Shown in pieces: positions 30,094-39,692 of a DNA stretch of 64,000 bases. How positions within the stretch are numbered: position 1 is the first letter of the stretch; each line of letters starts with the position of its first letter. The translations under genes were made by a program, and so were the position numbers. The stretch lies in assembly GCA_938082545.1 (NCBI GenBank), contig CALKCL010000009.1:9594-73593 (forward strand), given 5' to 3'. The stretch is from an uncultured Gammaproteobacteria bacterium (lineage in GTDB: Bacteria; Pseudomonadota; Gammaproteobacteria; Ga0077536). Under the pieces are notes generated by a model. That model made no database searches, was not told the origin of the DNA, and saw only the letters and a program-made list of their open reading frames with translations.

Positions 30094-31239
30094 TTATTCG
30101 TGTTTAAGTTTGTTTGTTACGGTTCTGTGAAAGTGTGCTAGAGCTGGCTCGTTAGCACCAAAAGTTATGTGGCTTTGTGCGCCGGTGTGGAAACCTTTTT
30201 GGGTCCCTTCGCCCACTGGGAAGTCCTCATTTTCCACGACATGTAACACTAAGTCCAAATTGTTGTCCCAATGCCGTTTAGAACTCTCATCTACCGATTT
30301 TTCTGGAGTGTAAAACGACAATTGTATGACGGCTTCTTCGGGGGCATTTTTACCCGGAAAAATTTGCCATAGCTCTATATGGTCTGCCTGCCAAACAAGA
30401 ACTGTATTTGGAAAAAGTACATATATAGACACTATATGAGGTAGGACGTCCCAACTACTTTTGGCATGTGAACGTATCTCTTCTATGGTTCGTCTCGCAA
30501 AAATGAGCCTAAAGTGGTCGCCTGAAGTGTCAAATGTACTTAGATTCTCATGAAAAATGCTACAGATAGAATTTTTGTGTAAGACGCAGAAATGATATGA
30601 CTCGAAAAAAGTATCCATGACTAGTTTCCAGTTCATTTTGCGCGTGAGCGTTCTAGTTTCGTGATGATGAAGGTTATCTAGCTTGAAATTTTGCAGGTCA
30701 GTATCGATGGTGTCTAAGTGCGTATCAAGATCCATCGTTCCCTCAGGTTGTGGCATAACCCAAAGAACACCATTCCGCTCGATGGCTTTTAATTCGGTTA
30801 AAGCATGGTTCTCCTTTGGAGAAGAGCGGAAAGAAATTTCTTCGGGTCGCGCTATAAGCTTGCCATCAAGTCCGTATTTCCATGCATGGTAAGGACAGCT
30901 GAATGAGCTTCTTTTTCCGCACGATTCCGCTATGCGCGCACCTCGATGTCGGCAAACGTTTAAAAATGCCCGAAAAATACCCGATTTGTCTCTGGTAAGG
31001 AGAAAAGGCTGTCCGCTGAGATCATGGGTGTAGTAGGTTTCTTTCTCAGGTAATAGTCCACTGAGACCGACACAGATGGGTGTTTTTCTAAAAAACAGCT
31101 CGTGTTCTTTTCCGGCGACGTCCTGGCAGATATATTCTTGTGTGGGCTGGGAGTAAATTCTATCAGCTAGTGCAGTTGTTTTGTTGTCGATGCAGTGAAG
31201 CAGGCTTTCCCCAACTCTGATTTGTTCTGATTGTCTCAA
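30094..31239 (-). CDS. Rieske non-heme iron oxygenase alpha subunit
   Basis: NVCRHRG, CPYHAW, NWK-x4-FFESYH-x4-H and ENEDF. Confidence 0.92.
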   Translation of the reverse strand: MRQSEQIRVGESLLHCIDNKTTALADRIYSQPTQEYICQDVAGKEHELFFRKTPICVGLSGLLPEKETYYTHDLSGQPFLLTRDKSGIFRAFLNVCRHRGARIAESCGKRSSFSCPYHAWKYGLDGKLIARPEEISFRSSPKENHALTELKAIERNGVLWVMPQPEGTMDLDTHLDTIDTDLQNFKLDNLHHHETRTLTRKMNWKLVMDTFFESYHFCVLHKNSICSIFHENLSTFDTSGDHFRLIFARRTIEEIRSHAKSSWDVLPHIVSIYVLFPNTVLVWQADHIELWQIFPGKNAPEEAVIQLSFYTPEKSVDESSKRHWDNNLDLVLHVVENEDFPVGEGTQKGFHTGAQSHITFGANEPALAHFHRTVTNKLKHE

Positions 31240-31435
31240 TTGGTTCCCCTCATTTTTTTGCGACCGCCACCTATGAACGAATCTTTACACTGGATGAAAA
31301 ATTCTTATGAGAGTTAATATCTAGCTTCACGGAGTGAATGTAAAGATGTTAGATTCATTCATCTAAATCTTAATGAGGAGAGTGTGTCTGCCATTCGTGC
31401 AAAGGTGTAGTGTGGGTCAAAGGATTTACCATTTT

Positions 31436-31688
31436 TAACGCTCATAGATTGAGTTACATTTCAGCTGTTGCGCGACGACATAGAGAGCGGTTTTGGGTCA
31501 TGTCTGCGATTTTGGAGCTTGAAGTCCCTATCCTAGTTCACCGGCACTTAGTTCGCGATACGGGGGGTAACTTGAGCCTTGGCACGGACTGGTAAGTCGA
31601 GTCGTCCTCGATGCCGGACGGATTAAAAGCGTCACGAGTGACGAGTGTGAGGCTTGAGGACGGCCTCTTCCCGAGCCTATGAGCGTTG
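31436..31688 (+). ncRNA. Candidate ~250 nt multi-stem structured RNA, family not recognised
   Basis: An 11 bp closing stem AACGCTCATAG/CTATGAGCGTT encloses at least five further helices, several with plus-strand G-U pairs. The segment is GC-richer than other intergenic DNA here. Confidence 0.55.
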
Positions 31689-31703
31689 GATAGTTCTAAT
31701 AGA

Positions 31704-32348
31704 TCAGTAGAGCTCGTTTTTATTAATGTGCTCTACATAATTGTCTACTTCTTCGACCAAGGCTTCAGAGGGAGGATTATCCACAGCGGAAGTCTGTTCT
31801 AGAATCATTTTACCCAGCGTGGGCATTTGACTGCGATCTTGTATGCTGGTTGGATCCCAAAGTTTACATCTGCGAACCGCCTTTGCACAGTGAAGCATCG
31901 CTTCGTTAATCTGAATCAGGATACCTAATTTAGGGGTCTTCCCATTGACCTTTGCGGCCTCTAGCAAATCCTGGTCCCCTACTAAGGTCGCTGTACCGGT
32001 AACTCTTAAGCATTCTTCATAGCCCGGAATCATGAAAAAAACCCCGATGGATGGGTTTTCTATAATGTTGGTGAGTGTGTCTATACGATTATTTCCTGGG
32101 CGTTCGGGGATAAAAATAGTATTTTCGTCTAGAACTTGTACGAAACCAGGTTGGTCTCCTCTGGGTGACACATCTGATCGGCCGCCACTGCTGGTACCGA
32201 TACATAAAAAAGGCGCGCGAGCGATAAAATCGGTACAATAATGATCTAGCTTTTTGATTACTTTTGCTACGGCTAGGTCGATAGGTTTGTCGATGAACGT
32301 TCGTAATTCAGCTTCAGTTTTGAAGATTACTGTTGGGACTATTGGCAT
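31704..32348 (-). CDS. PNPOx-like FMN-binding protein (MSMEG_1061 family-like)
   Basis: DVSPRGDQPGFV, PERPGNNRIDTL and HCAKAVRRCKLW. Confidence 0.85.
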   Translation of the reverse strand: MPIVPTVIFKTEAELRTFIDKPIDLAVAKVIKKLDHYCTDFIARAPFLCIGTSSGGRSDVSPRGDQPGFVQVLDENTIFIPERPGNNRIDTLTNIIENPSIGVFFMIPGYEECLRVTGTATLVGDQDLLEAAKVNGKTPKLGILIQINEAMLHCAKAVRRCKLWDPTSIQDRSQMPTLGKMILEQTSAVDNPPSEALVEEVDNYVEHINKNELY

Positions 32349-32468
32349 TTTGTATTACTCCGTGAGTGTCGATATTATGTCGCTGAACGATTATATTGAT
32401 ATCTGAGACAGATTTTTACTAGCTTTTTCTTGAATCATTTTTGTCACCTATTAACGAGGACTATTCTA

Positions 32469-34028
32469 ATGAGAGTTGCTGTGCCGTGTGAAGTTCATGA
32501 GGACGAGTGTCGGGTCGCTATCACCCCTGATGTTGTCAGTCAGTTGATAAAGTTGGGTTTTACTGTCTCAGTTGAGAATGATGCGGGAATAAAGGCAAGT
32601 TTTTCGAATGAAGCGTATATAGAATCCGGCGCTGTAATAGTGCATGACACACGAGCGCTGTGGCGTGAGGCTGATATTGTTTTGAAGGTTAGAGCACCTG
32701 AAATGCATCTTAATTTAGGCGTCGATGAGGTGTCTTTCTTGGGCCCGTCTAAGACATTAATTAGTTTTGTTTGGCCTGGTCAAAATGCAGGACTACTAGA
32801 GCAGTTGGCTCAAACTGGGGCGACCGTACTTGCTATGGATGCTATTCCCAGGATTTCTCGCGCACAGAAAATGGATGCATTAAGCTCCATGGCAAACATA
32901 GCTGGTTATAGAGCGATTATTGAAGCGGCCAGTCGATTTGGACGGTTTTTTACGGGACAGATCACTGCAGCAGGGAAAGTTCCTCCTGCGAAAGTCATGG
33001 TGATAGGAGCTGGAGTTGCAGGCTTATCAGCGATCGGCGCAGCTAAAAGTCTGGGTGCGATTGTTCGCGCTTTCGACACACGACCCGAAGTAAAAGAACA
33101 AGTTGAGAGTATGAATGCGGAATTTCTCGAGCTGGATTTTTCAGAAGATGGTTCTGGTCAAGGTGGCTATGCTAAAACAATGAGCGCCGAGTTTATTGCA
33201 GCGGAAATGGCTTTGTTTGCGGCACAGGCTCGTGAGGTCGATATCATCGTTACTACCGCTTTAATTCCGGGAAAACCTGCACCTAAGCTGATAACTGAAG
33301 AGATGGTCAGATCTATGCGACCTGGCAGTGTTGTCGTTGATTTAGCTGCGGAGCAGGGCGGTAACTGCGCGTCAACTATTCCTGGCAAAGTGGCCGTCGC
33401 TCACGGTGTCACTGTTATTGGGTTTACCGATCTCCCGAGCCGGCTTGCGACTCAGTCAAGCCAGTTGTACGGGAATAATATCAGGCACTTACTCAGTGAA
33501 TTAACCAAAAATTCTGATGGTCAGATTAATGTAGATATGGAAGATGAAGCTATACGAGGAGCCACGATTGTGAATGGTGGCGAAGTGACTTGGCCACCAC
33601 CGAAACCGAAGCTACAGGCTGCTCCGACGACAAAATCTCCTGAGCTAAAGAGGGAGGAAGCTCCAGTTAAAAAGCAGAATGTTTGGCTTAAATACCTCAT
33701 CCTTACAGCAAGCGCGCTTGGCTTTCTGTGGTTAGGTACCGTAGCGCCGCCTGAATTTATGTCTCATTTCACTGTTTTTATACTGGCTTGTTTTGTCGGA
33801 TATCAAGTTATTTGGAATGTTACTCCTGCTTTACATACTCCATTGATGAGTGTGACGAACGCGATAAGCGGCATCATTGTTATTGGAGCAGTCTTACAAC
33901 TGTCCAGTAAAGTCCCACTGGTACTATGGCTATCTGGATTCGCAGTAATGATTGCGACAATAAATATTGTAGGTGGATTTTACGTTACACAGCGAATGCT
34001 ACGCATGTTTCAAAGAGGGAAAGAATGA
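32469..34028 (+). CDS. pntA: NAD(P) transhydrogenase alpha subunit
   Basis: [37 protein letters not shown] and [17 protein letters not shown] 32469 follows GAGGA. Confidence 0.96.
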   Translation: MRVAVPCEVHEDECRVAITPDVVSQLIKLGFTVSVENDAGIKASFSNEAYIESGAVIVHDTRALWREADIVLKVRAPEMHLNLGVDEVSFLGPSKTLISFVWPGQNAGLLEQLAQTGATVLAMDAIPRISRAQKMDALSSMANIAGYRAIIEAASRFGRFFTGQITAAGKVPPAKVMVIGAGVAGLSAIGAAKSLGAIVRAFDTRPEVKEQVESMNAEFLELDFSEDGSGQGGYAKTMSAEFIAAEMALFAAQAREVDIIVTTALIPGKPAPKLITEEMVRSMRPGSVVVDLAAEQGGNCASTIPGKVAVAHGVTVIGFTDLPSRLATQSSQLYGNNIRHLLSELTKNSDGQINVDMEDEAIRGATIVNGGEVTWPPPKPKLQAAPTTKSPELKREEAPVKKQNVWLKYLILTASALGFLWLGTVAPPEFMSHFTVFILACFVGYQVIWNVTPALHTPLMSVTNAISGIIVIGAVLQLSSKVPLVLWLSGFAVMIATINIVGGFYVTQRMLRMFQRGKE

Positions 34029-35407
34029 TGGCCACTGGAATAGTTGCGGGTAGTTATATTATAGCTGCAGTTCTTTTTATTCTTAGTCTAGGTGGATTAA
34101 GTCATCCTAAAACTGCTCGTAAAGGGAATCTATATGGCGTTTTAGGGATGGTTATTGCGATAATAGCCACTGTTTTCGGGCATAACATTGCAAATTATAT
34201 TTTGTTGGTAGCTTTGATGGCAGCCGGGGGTGCTATTGGTCTCTTCCTTGCGCGCAGAGTGCAGATGACAGAGATGCCCGAGCTAGTGGCAATTCTCCAT
34301 AGTTTCGTTGGATTAGCAGCAGTTTTGATTGGTTTCGCAACGTATCTTGACGATGGGGAGAAGCTTCTTGGTGCGGCTCGACTGATTCTTGAGATTGAAA
34401 TATATATCGGCGTCCTTATTGGAGCTGTCACCTTTACGGGATCAGTTATTGCCTTTGCTAAATTGAAAGGACTGTTAGGGGGTAAGCCGCTTCTACTGCC
34501 GGCCAGACATTGGGGCAACCTTGTTCTTGGCTTGTTGTGCATTTGGTTAGGAATAGAGTTCGTGAGTGCTGATAACGGAACTATCTATTTAATAGCGATG
34601 ACGACGATTGCATTTATTTTTGGCATTCATATGGTCATGGCGATTGGTGGCGCGGATATGCCAGTAGTGGTCTCGATGCTTAATAGTTACTCGGGATGGG
34701 CTGCTGCTGCCACCGGCTTTATGTTGTCGAACGATCTTCTTATTGTGATCGGTGCTTTGGTTGGCTCAAGTGGCGCGATTCTGAGCTATATCATGTGTCG
34801 AGCGATGAATAGAAACTTTATTTCTGTGATTGCTGGTGGTTTTGGTTCTTCTAGTGGGACTGTGTCTGCCAAGTATGAAGGTGAAGTGATACCTATCCAG
34901 GCTACCGGGTGCAGCGAACTACTCGATGATGCGCAAAACATAGTGATAGTTCCAGGTTACGGCATGGCTGTAGCTCAAGCGCAAAATACGGTTTCAGAAC
35001 TTACTAATGTGTTACGTCTCAAGGGTAAGAATGTAAGATTCGCAATTCATCCTGTGGCTGGGCGAATGCCTGGGCATATGAATGTGCTCCTAGCTGAGGC
35101 TAGAGTATCTTATGATATTGTTTTCGAAATGGATGAAATTAATAGTGAGTTGAAAGACGTTGATGTTGTGTTAGTGGTCGGGGCGAATGACATCGTCAAC
35201 CCATCAGCTCTTGACGAGCCGGACAGTCCTATTGCAGGGATGCCAGTACTAGAGGTTTGGAAGGCATCGACAGTAGTGGTTCTGAAACGCGGGATGGCGA
35301 GTGGCTATGCAGGCGTTGATAACCCTCTATTCTTTAATGAAAATACTATGATGCTGTTCGGAGATGCAAAGCAAAGTCTGGATTCAGTTTTAAGCGGTCT
35401 CAGTTAG
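34025..35407 (+). CDS. pntB: NAD(P) transhydrogenase beta subunit
   Basis: [29 protein letters not shown] and [22 protein letters not shown] overlap with pntA. Confidence 0.96.
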   Translation: MMATGIVAGSYIIAAVLFILSLGGLSHPKTARKGNLYGVLGMVIAIIATVFGHNIANYILLVALMAAGGAIGLFLARRVQMTEMPELVAILHSFVGLAAVLIGFATYLDDGEKLLGAARLILEIEIYIGVLIGAVTFTGSVIAFAKLKGLLGGKPLLLPARHWGNLVLGLLCIWLGIEFVSADNGTIYLIAMTTIAFIFGIHMVMAIGGADMPVVVSMLNSYSGWAAAATGFMLSNDLLIVIGALVGSSGAILSYIMCRAMNRNFISVIAGGFGSSSGTVSAKYEGEVIPIQATGCSELLDDAQNIVIVPGYGMAVAQAQNTVSELTNVLRLKGKNVRFAIHPVAGRMPGHMNVLLAEARVSYDIVFEMDEINSELKDVDVVLVVGANDIVNPSALDEPDSPIAGMPVLEVWKASTVVVLKRGMASGYAGVDNPLFFNENTMMLFGDAKQSLDSVLSGLS

Positions 35408-36129
35408 ACGCCCCAAATTTTTCGGGCGAAGTCAGGGTAGGGATCTGCAATGATCGGCGCGACTTTGTTTCTAATCAGTTGTAGTGTTTGGGAGTCTGGT
35501 ATGGCTGTTTCAGGAACGCTCGCAGGTAAATCGAATTCGAATCCGGTGTTATCTCTTACTTCTTCTACAGTATGACCAGGGTGAATGCTTTCCAGTCTAA
35601 AACACTCTCTCGTTCTATTGAACGAGAACAAACACAACGGAGTGACGAGAGCATATGGCCCTCCAGGCCTGTACACGTTAGGGGCACTTGTGCCTGGTGC
35701 GCTAATGAAATCGACTTTAGGAACAAAAACGCGTCGAGTATGCTCTTCTCGAAAAAGTATCACTTTGGGAACTAAAAAATATAGGTAGGCCGATCCAAAG
35801 GCTCCAGACCATCGAGTGTCCTGATTTGGGTACTGACCTATTCCAGTAAGGTTGACATTGGCTTGGCCGTCTATTTGGCCCCCGCTTAAAAAGAAAGCGT
35901 CTATTCTGCCTTGTGCCGCACAGTCAAAGAGGTCGACCGCTCCGTCAAGACGATATGGTTCTTTCATACTTCCAATGATAGAGACTTTTTTGATGGTGGC
36001 TGAGCGACTCGCTGCGAGGAGAGCAGCCGATCCAGGAATGGGGGACAAAACTCCCACTGCTATATGTTTCAGTCCATCTAAAAGATGCGCGATAGTCGAA
36101 ATCAACAATTCTTCGGTGGCGTATGTCAC
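35404..36129 (-). CDS. Class I CoA-transferase-like beta subunit (GctB/CatJ/IpdB fold)
   Basis: [27 protein letters not shown] and [16 protein letters not shown]. Confidence 0.82.
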   Translation of the reverse strand: MTYATEELLISTIAHLLDGLKHIAVGVLSPIPGSAALLAASRSATIKKVSIIGSMKEPYRLDGAVDLFDCAAQGRIDAFFLSGGQIDGQANVNLTGIGQYPNQDTRWSGAFGSAYLYFLVPKVILFREEHTRRVFVPKVDFISAPGTSAPNVYRPGGPYALVTPLCLFSFNRTRECFRLESIHPGHTVEEVRDNTGFEFDLPASVPETAIPDSQTLQLIRNKVAPIIADPYPDFARKIWGV

Positions 36130-36132
36130 AGC

Positions 36133-36954
36133 TTATCCCGTTTCATTCAGTTCTTTACCTAGGTGAATATCAATCCAAGAATTAAACGTTTCCTGATTCT
36201 TTGCAGCGTTGGCATACGATTGAATCGTTTTTCTATCATAATCATAATGTCCGGGCAGGTTTAGTGGCCAAGACCCATTGGATGCCACGGCAATACCATC
36301 AACGTAGAGATGTGAAAGACTCGCAGAACCGAGCTCTTCATGATCCATGATATTAAAATCTACAATCTTCTCTACCGTGACGAAGGTTTTTTTTGACGCA
36401 TGGGCCATAATTTTTAATTCAGCTTGTCGTCCTAGATAAACGTTTCCAGCCTGATCTGCCATAGGAGCATGGAATACCGTGAAATCAGGCTGGATTGCAG
36501 GTAGGACAGCAATCGGGTCATCCTTCTCAAAAGGATTGTCGATAATTTGAAAATCCTCTCTATTAGCTAAGACGTCAGAGCCTATGAGACCTCTTAAGGG
36601 AATGAAAGGGATCCCTTTTTCACTAGCTTGTAGCCCTGCGTATATTGCTGGGCAGGTGGCGTCTAACACAGTGACACTTCCTTTTTTTATAGCAGAGCCA
36701 AAACGGTTCGCAAGCCCAAACTCGCCCAGCGATACTCCAGCTGTTTCTATGGTTGATACACAGCCGGCTCCTATGAGCATATCTGGGAGAAAACTGCCAG
36801 TAGGGACTGTTACGAGGTGTAGATTTCGCGCTTGTCGTTTTATTAGACCCCGACCTAGTGACATAGGCACAGAACAGTCTTTAAAAATTGCTATTTTACT
36901 TCCATCATCTATCTGATTTATTAAGGAGATAATGTCAGTGATTGTTTCATTCAT
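36133..36954 (-). CDS. Class I CoA-transferase-like alpha subunit (GctA/CatI/IpdA fold)
   Basis: DMLIGAGCV, GLQASEKGIPFIPLRGLIGSD, HAPMADQAGNV and FVTVEKI. Confidence 0.82.
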   Translation of the reverse strand: MNETITDIISLINQIDDGSKIAIFKDCSVPMSLGRGLIKRQARNLHLVTVPTGSFLPDMLIGAGCVSTIETAGVSLGEFGLANRFGSAIKKGSVTVLDATCPAIYAGLQASEKGIPFIPLRGLIGSDVLANREDFQIIDNPFEKDDPIAVLPAIQPDFTVFHAPMADQAGNVYLGRQAELKIMAHASKKTFVTVEKIVDFNIMDHEELGSASLSHLYVDGIAVASNGSWPLNLPGHYDYDRKTIQSYANAAKNQETFNSWIDIHLGKELNETG

Positions 36955-36973
36955 AGGTATGTTCTCTAACTTT

Positions 36974-38578
36974 TTAGGGGGCGATAAAGATGTTGTCCTT
37001 TTGGTTTGAAAAAGCTTCTAGTAGAAATCTTTCTTGCGGTTTTTCGGAGGCAGTTTTAGGAATTTCAGGCACTAGCTGTATATAACTAGGCACGAAGTTG
37101 GATTCCAGTTTTTCTTTACACGCACGAAAGATTTCACTGCTGTCAAATGATGCTTCATCTACAGCAACGATAGCGGCTATAACATCTTTTTCTCCTGGAA
37201 CGCCATTAGAAGACGGCACGCCATATACAAAGACATCGTCTATCATCGGATGTTCCGCCAATTCTTTTTCTACAAACGCGGGGTTAACAAAATCGCCATT
37301 GTGCCTTATCCCGCCTCCTTTCCTGTAATGGAAATAATACCATCCATTTTCATCACGATGACCTATATCACCCATTCTTAACCAACCAGCAGCAGTTTTC
37401 TCTTCTGACGCTTTTTTGTTTTTGTGGTAAAGCACTTTCGGGCAGTCGCCATCTGCATTCTGAAAAACTATTTCACCAGCTTCTCCATTTATAATTTCTA
37501 CGTCATTTTCATCAACAATTTTTGCTACAAGACTTGGCGGAGGCTTACCTATACTTCCCACCGGGCCTGCTCCTGGAGGATTAATGAGTACACCACCTTC
37601 CGCAGCCCCATAGAATTCATAGATCTCACAATCAAACCGCTTCTCAAAAGCACTCCAAATATTCGCTGGCATGCCTGCGCTAAGAATAAATCTGACTGGG
37701 TTATCAGTATCGGTTTTCATTGCAGCTTCACTATATATGGCAGTAGTCATGCCGCCGAGCAAGTTGAAAGTGGTACAGCCGTAATGCCGGGTTATATCCC
37801 AAAGCTTTGATTTCGTAAATTTACGACTGAATACTCCTTTCAGACCCATGTAAAGCGTTGTCCCAAGAGTAATTAACTGAGCGTTTGCATGAGTTAAGGA
37901 CAGTCCACTATATGGCCTATCATTTGGCTTAAGACCGAATACCTCTCCTAATTGCCCAACAAATCCAAACCGAGCATAAGGCGACAAAATAGCTTTTGGA
38001 TCACCAGTCGTTCCTGAAGTAAACAACATTTGCATCGGTTCATCAGGATCACTGACGCGAGTTTCCATAGGTTCGACTGTAGTAGATAAAATGCTAGAGA
38101 TACTTTCTGTTCTCAAAGGAAAATCAGGTAGTTGTGATTCGCTTCCTAGAACCCAGATCCACTCTAGTAGAGGACAGTCACATAATACTTCCTTGAGATT
38201 TTCTAGTGCATAATCTCCGATAATCGCGCCCCTACAATCAGAGTGGGTTAGCATGTAAGTTAATTTCTTGCCCTTTGTGCGCGGGTCTATGGGAACAAAA
38301 ACAGTCCCTGCGATAGAGGACCCGACCATAGCATCAACAAACTCTGGATGATTCAGCGTGACTATTGCAAACGCTTCACCTCTATTTATTTTTTCTTCAT
38401 CTAGGGCTCTTGCTATACGCTGACCGTTCTCCCACAAATTCTTGTAGGTTCGCTTTTCTTCCTGATACCCCTCGTCCGTGATAGATACAAATGTCAAGAC
38501 TTCGATATTCGGATTTTCTAACGACTTCACTTCGATCAGGTTAGACAATATTGCGATATCTTTAGCTTCTGAGCCCAC
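36974..38578 (-). CDS. ATP-dependent acyl-CoA ligase (CaiC-like)
   Basis: LFTSGTTGDPKA, EFYGAAEG, LRMGD and PKTASEK. Confidence 0.87.
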   Translation of the reverse strand: MGSEAKDIAILSNLIEVKSLENPNIEVLTFVSITDEGYQEEKRTYKNLWENGQRIARALDEEKINRGEAFAIVTLNHPEFVDAMVGSSIAGTVFVPIDPRTKGKKLTYMLTHSDCRGAIIGDYALENLKEVLCDCPLLEWIWVLGSESQLPDFPLRTESISSILSTTVEPMETRVSDPDEPMQMLFTSGTTGDPKAILSPYARFGFVGQLGEVFGLKPNDRPYSGLSLTHANAQLITLGTTLYMGLKGVFSRKFTKSKLWDITRHYGCTTFNLLGGMTTAIYSEAAMKTDTDNPVRFILSAGMPANIWSAFEKRFDCEIYEFYGAAEGGVLINPPGAGPVGSIGKPPPSLVAKIVDENDVEIINGEAGEIVFQNADGDCPKVLYHKNKKASEEKTAAGWLRMGDIGHRDENGWYYFHYRKGGGIRHNGDFVNPAFVEKELAEHPMIDDVFVYGVPSSNGVPGEKDVIAAIVAVDEASFDSSEIFRACKEKLESNFVPSYIQLVPEIPKTASEKPQERFLLEAFSNQKDNIFIAP

Positions 38579-38610
38579 AGTTTGTTCTCCCTCGATTCTA
38601 AGGTATTACC

Positions 38611-38644
38611 GCGAGAGTTGAGAAATAAGTTTCCCAACTCTCGT
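38611..38644. promoter_or_regulatory. Long inverted repeat in the divergent region upstream of the CoA ligase
   Basis: CGAGAGTTGAGAAA-TAAG-TTTCCCAACTCTCG, 14 bp with one mismatch. Confidence 0.5.
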
Positions 38645-38846
38645 AAGATATAAAGCATAGATTGTAATCGTATTATAGCGGGTTTTAGAAGTGAAACAGC
38701 TGGGCAGCAGTGAGAACTTGAGTTATTGTATAATCGTAGAAGCTTGCTTTATTAGGCGTTAATTGAGTGCGTCTGGCACGATTACCAGCACAGGTATAAA
38801 AAATCTTGTGGTGAAATGGCAAAAATATATCTGAGGAGATTAAATA

Positions 38847-39641
38847 ATGGAATTAAGAGAAGCTCTTGGGCGCAGGCGAACAATTCGCTACCTAAAACCC
38901 TATAAGGCTGTAGAGCCTGAAAAGATACAGATGATGTTCGAGGCTGCTCGCATTGCCTCTCACTGGGGGAATGTACAGTCTTTAAGAGCTGTTGCAATAC
39001 ATCGTCATACGGCCTCGCAAGAAGTACTAGATTCATTGAAGGCGGTTGTTGTCGGCTGGCAACTCCGCTTGGCTCCGGTAGTCATCGTTTGGTATTGCGA
39101 TCCTGAAGTAGTAGAAGAGCAAGGTGATCGGTTGAGAGAGCTAGTTAATGTTGGAGCGCTTGGTGTAGGTTCCAAAGAATTAAAAACAACCACTCTTGAA
39201 GAAACATTCCTTCCTTCTTTTGAAGGCATAAAAGATTTTCTTAAAATGCCTGGTTTGAATGAAATTGACTGTGGTCAAGGAATAGCGCAAGCCACCCTAA
39301 TGGCGTATGAACAAGGCCTTGGAACTTGTTGTCTGGGGACGCCTAACGGAGATGCTATTCTTGAGACGCTAGGTGTGCCGTCCCACTGCCGGTTGCTGCT
39401 CATGCAAACAGTTGGATATCCACTTGAGCATTGGGAGGCTGGCGGACAAAAGCCAAAGCGCCCATTTGAAGAGTTGTTTTCGATGGACACTTTTGGTAAT
39501 GCTTATCCTCGAAGCCAAACAGTGGTTGATGAGCTCACTAAAGACGGCGTGTTTACTGCACCGGCACCGTTGCCTGACCGAGAGGAAGAGCTAGAATATA
39601 TGGAACGTGCGTTAAATTTAAAAGCACCTGCGATGTTCTAA
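38847..39641 (+). CDS. Nitroreductase family protein
   Basis: RRRTIRY, AARIASHWGN, YEQGLGTC and QTVGYP. Confidence 0.82.
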   Translation: MELREALGRRRTIRYLKPYKAVEPEKIQMMFEAARIASHWGNVQSLRAVAIHRHTASQEVLDSLKAVVVGWQLRLAPVVIVWYCDPEVVEEQGDRLRELVNVGALGVGSKELKTTTLEETFLPSFEGIKDFLKMPGLNEIDCGQGIAQATLMAYEQGLGTCCLGTPNGDAILETLGVPSHCRLLLMQTVGYPLEHWEAGGQKPKRPFEELFSMDTFGNAYPRSQTVVDELTKDGVFTAPAPLPDREEELEYMERALNLKAPAMF

Positions 39642-39650
39642 TTTTGCTGA

Positions 39651-39680
39651 TCTGACTGGTGAAATTTCTCCCCAGTCAGA
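39651..39680. terminator. Hairpin between convergent genes (probable bidirectional terminator)
   Basis: TCTGACTGG-N12-CCAGTCAGA between two stop codons. Confidence 0.6.
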
Positions 39681-39692
39681 CTTCAATTCCTA

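Noticed and set aside
31410-31595. 61 aa ORF overlapping the RNA candidate
   Set aside because: No recognisable motif or convincing RBS. The extensive base-pairing explains the region better.
31436-31688. Retron msr-msd or group II intron interpretation of the structured element (terminal inverted repeats, TTGCGCGACG, GAGCCTATGAG)
   Set aside because: No reverse transcriptase occurs in the window, no complete domain V hairpin is present and no gene is interrupted. Kept only as an unassigned RNA candidate.
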